From: an uncultured bacterium
GTDB taxonomy: Bacteria > Patescibacteriota > Minisyncoccia > Phycocordibacterales > DATDWN01
Assembly (NCBI GenBank): GCA_903870365.1
Contig: CAIQCQ010000038.1
Location: 7,478-71,477, forward strand
Reading direction: 5' to 3'
Length of the DNA stretch: 64,000 nucleotides
The notes under the pieces are model-generated. The model was given only the letters and a program-made list of their open reading frames with translations, searched no databases and was not told the DNA's origin. Both the position numbers and the translations under genes were made by a program. The number at the start of each line of letters is the position of its first letter. Within the stretch, counting starts at the first letter, position 1. Positions 55,612 through 64,000 of the stretch are shown in pieces.

Positions 55612-57213
55612 ATGCAGGATGAGTGGTACAATCAGAATTATATGATTCAATTAAAATCTTTTTTTGTAAAAATATGGAATTTTTTGAAAACAAAATGGGG
55701 CATACTCATCATCATCCTTCTTTGTGTACTTGGGTATGTTATTTTTCACAAAAAAACTGTTCCGCACACACTCATTACGGTAACTAAAGGGTCTGTTACA
55801 GAAACAGTTTCAGTCACCGGTAATACCACACCAACACAAAGCGTTGCTCTTGGTTTTCAGAACGGTGGAACTGTCTCTTCTGTATCTACTCGTGTTGGAG
55901 ATACTGTAGTTGCTGGTCAATTACTCGCGTCACTCAATACCAATGATCTGGCAGCACAATTACAGCAAGCACAGGCTAATGTCGATGGACAACAAGCCAA
56001 GCTAGACAGTTTGAAAGCTGGCTCACAACCAGAAGATATTGCTAGTAGTCAGGCTGCTCTTGCAAAAGCAAGTCAAGATTTGGCTAATATGTACAGTAGT
56101 ATTAGTGATATTTCCAATGATGGGTATGCCAAAGCCAACGATGCTGTTCGTACACAAATCAGCAGTCTGTTTTCCAATGCAGAAAATAATAGTATTCAAT
56201 TTACTTTTGCCAGTAGTAATTCGCAGCTCGCATCGAATGCAAAAACAGAACGCCTGACAGCTGCGACATCATTGAATACGTGGCAAACTGAATTACTTGG
56301 AGTGAGTTCAGTATCAACACATACTGATTTGGATACAGCGGTCAATGACGGTCTTGGATATCTTGCTCAGATTCGACAAATGCTTCTGGATGTTTCAGGT
56401 ACACTCAACAGCGCAACAAATATAGATACAGTCACGTTGGCGACAGATAAAAATGCAGTAACCAGTGCGCTGACTGAAATAAACACTGCAACAAAAAATT
56501 TGAATACTGTTGCACAGAGTATCGCTTCACAAAAACTAATTGTGGCACAGGCTCAAGCTCAGTTAGATCTCAAACAAGCAGGTTCAACACAAAACGATAT
56601 TGATGCACAACAAGCACAAGTAGAACAGGCCAAGGCTGGTGTAGCCAGTATTCAGGCAAAAATATCAAACTCTTTGATTTACTCACCGATCTCAGGTGTG
56701 GTGACACAGTGTGATGCAAAAGTTGGTCAAATTGCTAACCCAGGAGTGACTGTTATTTCTGTCATTTCCAACAGTCAGTTTGAAGTGGATGCTCTTATTC
56801 CGGAAACAGATGTGGGTAAAGTCGCAGTGGGGGACCCCGTGACCATGACTTTTGATGCATTTACAGAGAAGACATTTACCGGCAAGTTGTTTTACATTGA
56901 TCCTGCTCAAACGGTGACTCAGGGTGTTGTTGATTACAAAATAAAAGTATCGTTTGATACTGCCGATCCACAAATGAAAAGTGGTTTGACTGCAAATTTG
57001 ACTATTCAAACACAGACACATACTGGAGTACTTGTCTTACCACAATATGCCATTTTGCAAAATGATACAGGAAATTTTGTAGATATTCTTGTGGGTGGAG
57101 TATCTACTTCAACACCAGTGACGCTCGGTATTTCTGATCAAAATGGAAATATAGAGGTGACCTCTGGGGTGACCGAGGGAGAACAGGTGTTGAATATTGG
57201 ATTGAAACAATGA
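55612..57213 (+). CDS. Efflux periplasmic adaptor / membrane fusion protein (HlyD/MacA-like)
   Basis: N-terminal TM, long coiled coil (QLQQAQANVDGQQAKLDSLKAG...), beta-barrel and lipoyl-like segments. Confidence 0.7.
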   Translation: MQDEWYNQNYMIQLKSFFVKIWNFLKTKWGILIIILLCVLGYVIFHKKTVPHTLITVTKGSVTETVSVTGNTTPTQSVALGFQNGGTVSSVSTRVGDTVVAGQLLASLNTNDLAAQLQQAQANVDGQQAKLDSLKAGSQPEDIASSQAALAKASQDLANMYSSISDISNDGYAKANDAVRTQISSLFSNAENNSIQFTFASSNSQLASNAKTERLTAATSLNTWQTELLGVSSVSTHTDLDTAVNDGLGYLAQIRQMLLDVSGTLNSATNIDTVTLATDKNAVTSALTEINTATKNLNTVAQSIASQKLIVAQAQAQLDLKQAGSTQNDIDAQQAQVEQAKAGVASIQAKISNSLIYSPISGVVTQCDAKVGQIANPGVTVISVISNSQFEVDALIPETDVGKVAVGDPVTMTFDAFTEKTFTGKLFYIDPAQTVTQGVVDYKIKVSFDTADPQMKSGLTANLTIQTQTHTGVLVLPQYAILQNDTGNFVDILVGGVSTSTPVTLGISDQNGNIEVTSGVTEGEQVLNIGLKQ

Positions 57214-57220
57214 GATAGAA

Positions 57221-57293
57221 GTACGAATTAAGAATAATGATGTACGAATGAGAGGAGATATTATTTTTCTTGTTCGTTATTCTTAATTCGTAC
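57221..57293. repeat. Heptamer-type palindromic repeat, family 3
   Basis: Perfect 17-bp inverted repeat GTACGAATTAAGAATAA / TTATTCTTAATTCGTAC. Confidence 0.65.
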
Positions 57294-57308
57294 ATCGTAA
57301 TTCTACCT

Positions 57309-58019
57309 ATGATTGAAGTTACAAATCTTACAAAAGAATATTTAGAAGGAGAGACTCCAACAACTGCTCTGAAAAACATAACCTTTTCTATTGCGAAGGG
57401 GGAGTTTGTCTCTATCATGGGTCCATCGGGATCAGGTAAATCAACTTTGCTCCATGTATTGTCTTTTCTTGATCGGCCGACAGGTGGGACGTATACTTTT
57501 TTGGGAAAAAGTATGAATGACATGGATGATGCTGAGCTTGCTCATGTCAGAAATGCTGATATGGGGTTTGTGTTTCAGTCCTTTAATTTGTTGTCACGGT
57601 TGACCGTCTATGACAATGTGGAAATTCCTTTGTTGTATTCCACTGTACCCGAAGAGAAACGAAAAGATTTGATTGAAGATGCGGTTAAGGCAGTTGGTTT
57701 AGAAGAAAAAATGCACAGTGAAGCCGGACGCTTGTCTGGAGGGCAAAAACAGCGTGTGGCTATTGCTCGAGCATTGGTGACCAACCCCGATGTTATCTTT
57801 GCTGATGAACCGACGGGTAACCTTGATTCTGTGTCTGGAGCACAGGTTATGGATATTTTGGAAAAGTTGCACGACAAAGGCCGAACGATTGTTTTGGTCA
57901 CCCACGAAACATATACGGCAGAATTTGCTAATAGAATTATTCGTGTTAAGGATGGTCAGATTGAGAGTGATGTGCCGGTATTAAAGTCACGACATACGAG
58001 ACAGGAGTTTATTAAATAG
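57309..58019 (+). CDS. ABC transporter ATP-binding protein (MacB/LolD/FtsE family)
   Basis: [37 protein letters not shown]; ATG at 57309 preferred over the ORF-track start at 57270. Confidence 0.85.
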   Translation: MIEVTNLTKEYLEGETPTTALKNITFSIAKGEFVSIMGPSGSGKSTLLHVLSFLDRPTGGTYTFLGKSMNDMDDAELAHVRNADMGFVFQSFNLLSRLTVYDNVEIPLLYSTVPEEKRKDLIEDAVKAVGLEEKMHSEAGRLSGGQKQRVAIARALVTNPDVIFADEPTGNLDSVSGAQVMDILEKLHDKGRTIVLVTHETYTAEFANRIIRVKDGQIESDVPVLKSRHTRQEFIK

Positions 58020-58029
58020 GTAATAATAG

Positions 58030-58116
58030 AATTACGATGTACGAATTAAGAATGACGAATAAGAAAAACAAGATCTTCTCTTATTCGTACATCGTACGTC
58101 TTCATTCTTAATTCGA
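58030..58116. repeat. Heptamer-type palindromic repeat, family 3
   Basis: acgatgtacgaattaagaatgacgaataaga ... tcttattcgtacatcgtacgtcttcattcttaattcg, centred on AAGATCTT. Confidence 0.6.
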
Positions 58117-58121
58117 CCAAC

Positions 58122-59369
58122 ATGTTAATAAAAGACGCTTTTAAAACAGCAACGCGGGCACTGACACATGGCAAGATGCGGTCTGTTTTGACTATGCTCG
58201 GTATCGTCATTGGTATAGCCTCGGTCATTATTCTCATGTCAATCGGCGCATCTGCCCAAGCTCTTATTCTCAACCAGGTCCAGGGTATTGGCTCAAACCT
58301 CGTATTTGTCATTCCTGGTGGCTCGACTTCGAGTAAATTTTCATCACCAGCTGCTGCTCAGGGTATTGTTATTAAAACACTGAAGCAAACTGATATTGAT
58401 AATCTCTCTCGCGAACCATCGATCGACGCAGTAACCGCCGAAGCCCGTGGGCAAGGTAAGGTTGTCTATGGAGAAAATGATGTGAATGTCACCTTTGATG
58501 GAGTACCAGCCAATTTCTTTACCGTCAGAAATTATGCCACCACTGATGGGTATCCCTTTAGTCAAAGTGATGTTGATTCATTTAATCACGTAGCAGTTAT
58601 TGGTTCGTCACTTGCAAAAACATTATTTAACAATCTCGAACCAGTTGGCAAAATGATTCGTTTGAACAATATTTCTCTACGCGTGGTCGGAGTGTTGGAA
58701 AGTAAGGGGACAGGGCCAGGTGGTGTAGATCAAGATAATATTGTTATGGTGCCAAATACGGTGGCCCAAAGCCAGCTACTCGGTACCGATTATTTTACTG
58801 ATATCGTGGTCTCGGCCAATGATGCCTATACTATTGATTTTGTTAAACAGCGTATTACTTCGGTCTTGCGCCAAGATCACACACTACAAACCACTGATCA
58901 AGACGATTTTACAATTGAGACACAGGCAGATATTTTGTCTATTTTGGGGACTATCACTTCAACACTGACACTTTTTTTGGCGGCTATTGCCTCAATCTCT
59001 CTTATCGTCGGTGGTATCGGTATTATGAATATTATGTTGGTCTCAGTGACCGAGCGAACTAAAGAGATTGGTTTGCGAAAAGCAGTGGGGGCGACGGACA
59101 GAGATATTTTAGAGCAATTTTTAATTGAATCAATTATCCTGACGTTAGTCGGCGGCCTTATTGGTATCGCTATCGGGGCATTTGTGGTGACCGCTTTGTA
59201 TTTAATTATAGCCACTTTTTTCTCGTCACTTGGATGGGTTTTTGAATTTCCCATTTCGGCAGTTGTTCTTGGTCTCCTTGTATCGGCTATCGCCGGGGTT
59301 GGCTTTGGTGTGTATCCCGCCCGCCAGGCTGGTAAGAAAAACCCTATAGATGCATTGCGCTACGAATAG
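58122..59369 (+). CDS. ABC transporter permease, FtsX/MacB-like with periplasmic core domain
   Basis: N-terminal TM, large periplasmic domain, three C-terminal TM segments. Confidence 0.85.
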   Translation: MLIKDAFKTATRALTHGKMRSVLTMLGIVIGIASVIILMSIGASAQALILNQVQGIGSNLVFVIPGGSTSSKFSSPAAAQGIVIKTLKQTDIDNLSREPSIDAVTAEARGQGKVVYGENDVNVTFDGVPANFFTVRNYATTDGYPFSQSDVDSFNHVAVIGSSLAKTLFNNLEPVGKMIRLNNISLRVVGVLESKGTGPGGVDQDNIVMVPNTVAQSQLLGTDYFTDIVVSANDAYTIDFVKQRITSVLRQDHTLQTTDQDDFTIETQADILSILGTITSTLTLFLAAIASISLIVGGIGIMNIMLVSVTERTKEIGLRKAVGATDRDILEQFLIESIILTLVGGLIGIAIGAFVVTALYLIIATFFSSLGWVFEFPISAVVLGLLVSAIAGVGFGVYPARQAGKKNPIDALRYE

Positions 59370-59496
59370 AACTGCTAAATTTCACCGGTCTCATCGTCTA
59401 TATGTTGAAAAAGATTCTCGTCGTAGTGCTAACTACGCCACAACTATGTGTGCGAGTGGTATAATGACATTGTTAGTAATTAAACTATAAAATTTT

Positions 59497-59763
59497 ATGG
59501 AAGGAACGCCTGAAAATAATTATCAAAAAAAGCAAGAGAATCCGGAAATAAATTTTCGTTTTGGTTCATACAAAAAAGGGGATATTGTTACCATTACATT
59601 TTCTGGTGGGGTAGAAGAGAAAGACTGGATATTATTTGGACGCCGAACAGATACCGGAGACGTCATCGTGACAAGACCACCTGGAGATACTCGCCAAATA
59701 ATGGAAAGAGAAATTCCATATGATGAGTTTATTAAAGCACAAAAAGAAAGTGCAAGTGAGTAA
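59497..59763 (+). CDS. Small hypothetical protein
   Basis: 88 aa, no TM, no motif. Confidence 0.3.
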   Translation: MEGTPENNYQKKQENPEINFRFGSYKKGDIVTITFSGGVEEKDWILFGRRTDTGDVIVTRPPGDTRQIMEREIPYDEFIKAQKESASE

Positions 59764-59786
59764 ACAATCCTAATACAGAAATTAAT

Positions 59787-60887
59787 TTAGAAATGTATTG
59801 TGAGTGGGCTACCGAGGCCAGTGACGTAATCATAGTGCGCGCGGGCGGTACATACGTATCCGCAATCACCATTAGTGCCACCGGTAATATCACGAAAATA
59901 TTTTGTTGCATTGGTGCCGGATTTGTCAGTATAAAAATTTGTATTGCTCGCGCCTGTGCCGAGTGTAGCAAGTGCTGCCCATTGCGGGGCACCAGCAGAA
60001 GTACCACCGACGGTATGCCAGACACCAAGGCGGATGATAGGGAAGCCGGATGCTGGGTCGGCGTTGTAGGACACATCAGGGATGGCACGCATGCCACCAC
60101 TTTTTGATATAGCGTACCCATGTTGAAAGTCTGGAGCTTTTTCGTAGACGCTAATTCCACCACCAGAGCCACTCCATGCAGTTTCTTTTTTGACACTTCC
60201 ATTTGTATTGAGTGATAGTGTAGTGCCACCAACTCCAATAACATATGGTGAGCTGGCTGGCCAGGACGCTCCAGTGCCATTGTCGCCGGATGAAGCAAAG
60301 AAGGTAATACCTGGTTTGTTGAAGTGTGAGTCCAGCGATATTTCTTCGGGGAATTCCGTCCCACCCCAACTCATGGAGACTACCACCACATCTTTTCGTG
60401 TGGCTGCGTAGTCAATAGCTTGTAAAAAGTTTGCTCCACTGGGCGTGGTAGCTTCGACGAGTAATATTTTTGCTGTCGGAGCAATGGCATGAGCCCACTC
60501 GGCATCGAGGGTGGTTTCCATATCCCACCCACTGTCATCTTTTTCTCCGCTGGTCATGGTGTGTTGTTCGAAACACCCATTTTTGGTGGTGCATGGAGGT
60601 AAGTTGAATTGTGTATCAAAATCTACCAAATCTTTTTCAATATGCGTATCATTGTATGCACCAATAATAGCGATGGTTCCATGACCACCAGTGGAGGGGA
60701 GGTTATATATATTTTTTATCTGACTTGGGGTGATACCAACAGGTGTTTTACTGGTATGATCGTAGGTGTGGATCGGTGGATTGCCACGGAAATCAGAAAA
60801 ATGATATGAGGCAAAAGTAAGAATTGGAAACAAGAAAAAAGAAAGAGAAGATATGAAATAGAGGCTGAAAAAAATGACTTTTTTCAT
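59787..60887 (-). CDS. Secreted S8/S53 (sedolisin-like) serine peptidase
   Basis: Signal peptide; GGTSAGAPQWAA catalytic-Ser motif (GTSxAxP); GC above average. Confidence 0.6.
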   Translation of the reverse strand: MKKVIFFSLYFISSLSFFLFPILTFASYHFSDFRGNPPIHTYDHTSKTPVGITPSQIKNIYNLPSTGGHGTIAIIGAYNDTHIEKDLVDFDTQFNLPPCTTKNGCFEQHTMTSGEKDDSGWDMETTLDAEWAHAIAPTAKILLVEATTPSGANFLQAIDYAATRKDVVVVSMSWGGTEFPEEISLDSHFNKPGITFFASSGDNGTGASWPASSPYVIGVGGTTLSLNTNGSVKKETAWSGSGGGISVYEKAPDFQHGYAISKSGGMRAIPDVSYNADPASGFPIIRLGVWHTVGGTSAGAPQWAALATLGTGASNTNFYTDKSGTNATKYFRDITGGTNGDCGYVCTARAHYDYVTGLGSPLTIHF

Positions 60888-61288
60888 ACATTTACTATAC
60901 CACTTTTTTTTGCTAGGATGCTATGGTGATCCTATTAGAGTTGTATCGCACTCTTTTATAGGACACACAATATTTTCGGCGGCCTAAGATTATCAGGAGT
61001 TAAAATAGGTTAATTAAAACTCTAACGGGATGATGGCTAATTTTTTTGATTTCAATAATATGGGTTTTGTCAGTCTATTGGTTGTGTGGTCACTACCGTG
61101 GAAAGGTGTGGCTTTGTGGAAAGCAGCATGACTCGGTCAAAAGAAATGGTTTGTTGCATTGTTGATTGTAAATACATTGGGAATTTTGGAAGCATTGTAT
61201 ATTTTCCGTGTGGCGAGTAAATATGAAGTAGTGGAGATGAATAGTCATGAGTCAGTAGGATAGAAAATAAAATACTTGATAAATATAT

Positions 61289-61375
61289 GGATGAGTGGCC
61301 GAGTGGTTTAAGGCAACAGTCTTGAAAACTGTCGTGCTCGAAAGGGTACCGTGAGTTCGAATCTCACCTCATCCG
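61289..61375 (+). tRNA. tRNA-Ser, anticodon UGA
   Basis: GGATGAG/CTCATCC acceptor, anticodon loop CTTGAAA, long variable arm, T-arm GTGAGTTCGAATCTCAC. Confidence 0.85.
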
Positions 61376-61675
61376 CATCTCAGATAAAGTAAGGTTTTTA
61401 GGTGATAAAGCGATAGGCATATAGATGTTTTTGAATTGCCATTGAGCCACATTTTGCTTTTCGATACTTGCGTTCGAAAGTAACTTTTTAAGCATAGTAC
61501 GTTTTTCTACATCATTAACAAGCAAATACTTTTCTGTGGCTCTACTAGACTCTAGAAAGACATCTTTGATCTGTTCGAGAGTAACTTGAGATACACCGCC
61601 TTTTGCCTGTATTTCAGCGATTTGGCTATTTAGTACAACTCTCTGATTCTCAATCTCGATAATTCTGGAAACACT

Positions 61676-61951
61676 ATGCAGTTTGATTCTAGGACTGTCA
61701 CTAATGGAATTATAAGTGCTTATGATAACTCAATTAAATTTCAAAACTGGGGATTTACGACCACAGGTTCACTTCCGTATGGAAATTATTTTGTAACAAA
61801 TACAATAGATCATGGAAATTCCGGAGGTATAGCGATTTCAAAATATAATGGTAATTTGTGTGTACTTGGCATACCTACATGGCTAAACGCAGGAGTTAGT
61901 AATAATCAGGGTATAGTTCAAAATATTCAAAATGTTATGTACGTAAAATAA
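61676..61951 (+). pseudogene. Trypsin-like serine protease C-terminal fragment
   Basis: 91 aa; GNSGGIA resembles the GDSGG active-site box; no N-terminal His/Asp region upstream in frame. Confidence 0.35.
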
Positions 61952-61958
61952 TCGAATA

Positions 61959-62687
61959 ATGAAAAATGATTTGGATGCGACAAAAGAAAAACTCATAGAA
62001 ATACTTAGTCAAGAAAAGGGATATTTTGGACGTGTGCGCACGTGGGGACAAAGACCAACAGAATATGAATACATAGGTTATGAGTTGACAGAAGATTTTT
62101 TACCCACTTTACAAAAAATATCTGACGAACAACGAAAGAATCTTGTGATGATAATGTATTATTTTGAGATGCACGTACATCCCCTTAGGGATTTATTGGA
62201 AACGAAACAAAAAAATCAACTTGATAAACTTTATTCTGAAATAGCGTGGTCTCATTTTATGACAGTTGTTATGTTTGGGATGTTAGAAATTGCAGTGAAA
62301 GGTGAAAGAGGTGTCTGGTTGGGTGAAAAAGGGAAGAAAATAAAGAAGTTTTTACAAGATAATTTATCAGATAAAATTAAAGAAGATATAGCTGAAAGAT
62401 ATAAGGTTGATAAAATTTTTGATTATAAAAAAGAAGTCAAGAGTTTTTCCGATGTCATTGATCATATGTGGTCTCAAATTAGGTCTGGATTTATTCATGA
62501 TGCAGGAATCGAATCAAAAGGCCTTGAGTGGAATACGTTTGAGGGAATTGGTACAAAAGAAAACCCGATAACCATTAGATCAGATGTGCCTATTCAAGAA
62601 TGGTTACAGATTACATGGCAAGCTATTTTAAATTCATATGGTTACAAAGGTTTATTAAAACTTCCGAAATACAAAAGAAATACCTAG
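61959..62687 (+). CDS. Hypothetical protein with HEPN-like Rx4H motif (islet cargo)
   Basis: 242 aa, mostly helical; WSQIRSGFIHDAG contains R-x4-H. Confidence 0.35.
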   Translation: MKNDLDATKEKLIEILSQEKGYFGRVRTWGQRPTEYEYIGYELTEDFLPTLQKISDEQRKNLVMIMYYFEMHVHPLRDLLETKQKNQLDKLYSEIAWSHFMTVVMFGMLEIAVKGERGVWLGEKGKKIKKFLQDNLSDKIKEDIAERYKVDKIFDYKKEVKSFSDVIDHMWSQIRSGFIHDAGIESKGLEWNTFEGIGTKENPITIRSDVPIQEWLQITWQAILNSYGYKGLLKLPKYKRNT

Positions 62688-63027
62688 TTACTACTATTAA
62701 GTGGAAAAAACCTATTTGATATGGTTTAATGACTGCATTACTAAAGCTATTCGGACATCGTCCCACACTCCCCGCATTTTTGAACGCAGGGAAAAACTTT
62801 GGATGAAACAAAATTGAAGATTTTGTGTGTGAGATTAGAACGACGGAGCGATTCTTGGCTTAGTAAAGCCAAGACGCGAGTCGGTGCCCAGACCAAAAAT
62901 TTCTGACGAGAAATTTTTGAGTTGCGGGAGAAAAGCGTACTCGCGGTCTCACCTCATCCGCATTGTAGTAAAAAATTGAGAAGGAACTTTCGTCTAATCT
63001 CCACCGAAACTTAGTATACTTGTATAT

Positions 63028-63267
63028 ATGAAATCGCATAAAGACTTTACATGCATGGATTGCAAAAAAGATACATGGAATGAATACTACATGCTCTATA
63101 GTCGAGTATGGAAAAAAGCAAACCCGAAAATGAAAGGCAAACTTTGTATAAGTTGTGTAGAAGCTAGACTGGGCAGAAAATTAACAAAAAAAGATTTTAC
63201 CATATTGCTTGTTAATACAGAAAAAATCACAAGAAGCGCCCGGCTAAAAGACAGACTCGCAAATTAA
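63028..63267 (+). CDS. Small Cys-rich (zinc-ribbon-like) protein
   Basis: CMDC...18 aa...CISC. Confidence 0.3.
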   Translation: MKSHKDFTCMDCKKDTWNEYYMLYSRVWKKANPKMKGKLCISCVEARLGRKLTKKDFTILLVNTEKITRSARLKDRLAN

Positions 63268-63349
63268 ATAGGTTCCAATTTCCATCCACAACCCCCCCCG
63301 CAAACAAAAACCCGAAAGGGTTTTTCTGTTATGTGGTATATTGGTAGTC

Positions 63350-63730
63350 ATGAAGAGAACTCTCGGTATTGATTATGGATCAAAACGTATTGGTGTTGCC
63401 CTGACAAACGAAGTGGGGGATTTTGCATTACCATACTCTGTAGTTCAGAATTCCAAAAATGTGATTGACGATATTTTGAAAATCTGTACAGAAAATAATA
63501 TTTCGAAAGTTGTCGTGGGGGAATCAAAGGACTTTGCAGGACGGGATAATGTCATCATGAAAAATATCAATACATTTGTTGGACAGTTACGAGAGCGAGA
63601 TATTGAAGTGGTCTTGCACCCTGAGTTTTTGACGTCTGCTCAAGCCGAACATATACAAGGGAAAAATGGTATGTTGGATGCGAGTGCTGCAGCCATTATC
63701 CTGCAGAGCTATATTGATACACATAAATAA
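63350..63730 (+). CDS. ruvX: Putative pre-16S rRNA nuclease / Holliday junction resolvase-like YqgF
   Basis: MKRTLGIDYGSKRIGVALT, RNase H-like YqgF signature. Confidence 0.8.
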   Translation: MKRTLGIDYGSKRIGVALTNEVGDFALPYSVVQNSKNVIDDILKICTENNISKVVVGESKDFAGRDNVIMKNINTFVGQLRERDIEVVLHPEFLTSAQAEHIQGKNGMLDASAAAIILQSYIDTHK

Positions 63731-63747
63731 TATATATTAGAAATACT

Positions 63748-64000
63748 ATGGAAAAAATAACCATTGACGATTTAAAGAAGATTGAAATAAAGATTGGTAA
63801 GATTATATCCGCCGAACCCATCGAAGGATCAGAGAAACTTTTGAAATTGATGGTAGATATGGGCGAGGAAACACCACGACAAATTTTGTCTGGTATTGCT
63901 AAACAATATTCTGATCTTACTAAACTCGTCGGTATTATGTGTGCTTTTGCCTCTAATCTGGAACCACGTGCCATGATGGGGTTGGAAAGTAATGGTATGC
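63748..64000 (+). CDS. tRNA-binding (EMAP/CsaA/Trbp111-like) domain protein, 5' part (runs off window)
   Basis: LKKIEIKIGKIISAEPIEGSEKLLKLMVDMGEE...ILSGIAKQY matches the OB-fold tRNA-binding domain of MetRS-C/CsaA. Confidence 0.55.
   Translation, partial: MEKITIDDLKKIEIKIGKIISAEPIEGSEKLLKLMVDMGEETPRQILSGIAKQYSDLTKLVGIMCAFASNLEPRAMMGLESNGM

Larger units (their letters stand above)
61376..62963 (+). mobile_element. tRNA-Ser-associated genomic islet bounded by a 17-bp direct repeat of the tRNA 3' end
   Basis: TCTCACCTCATCCGCAT at 61362-61378 (tRNA 3' end) and again at 62947-62963; right end shares the GGTGCCCAGA-hairpin-GGGAGA module with elements L and R; no integrase gene found. Confidence 0.5.

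Noticed and set aside
57104-57523. Minus-strand ORF (139 aa) containing MYELRITNKKNN
   Set aside because: It is the translation of the family-3 intergenic repeat plus antisense of the ABC ATPase gene start; no independent support.

Overview
This window looks like a low-GC bacterial chromosome segment with Candidate Phyla Radiation (Patescibacteria)-like character. Genes are short, peptidoglycan and type IV pilus genes are present, a four-helix-bundle '23S IVS' protein gene occurs, and a type IV secretion (T4SS)-like cluster lacks a relaxase and coupling protein. The window spans the replication origin region: rpmH-rnpA-yidC on the minus strand, dnaA-dnaN on the plus strand, and DnaA boxes between dnaA and dnaN. 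Housekeeping genes include ppa (partial), nusA, recG, a mutY-like glycosylase, ruvA/ruvB/ruvC/ruvX, yebC, fpg, polA, holA-like, tyrS, tsaE, rpsT, a class A PBP, a SpoU methyltransferase and several ABC transporter sets including a MacAB-like trio. Type IV pilus parts (two pilin-like genes, PilB ATPase) are present. A roughly 13-kb T4SS-like cluster (9.7-22.6 kb) contains a VirB6/TrbL-like polytopic protein, an ORF6N DNA-binding protein, a PrgI/VirB3-like protein, a pilin-like N-terminus fused to a LAS/M15 peptidase motif, and a VirB4 ATPase that is split in two by an inverted-repeat-flanked four-helix-bundle cassette. I find four tRNAs: Ile(UAU), Lys(UUU), Arg(GCG) and Ser(UGA). Three of them are followed by elements bounded by a direct repeat of the tRNA 3' end: two miniature structured elements of about 170-190 bp with covarying stems, and a 1.6-kb islet after tRNA-Ser. 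The window is dense in short palindromic repeats built from heptanucleotide tandem units (GAGATAA-, GAAATTC- and GAATTAC/ACGAAT-type). Several copies sit in frame inside tsaE, fpg and a hypothetical gene without breaking the reading frame, and one right-arm motif lies directly upstream of four start codons. All coordinates are hand-derived from the text and may be off by a few bases. The ORF track renders GTG/TTG starts as M, so several true starts are internal ATGs.
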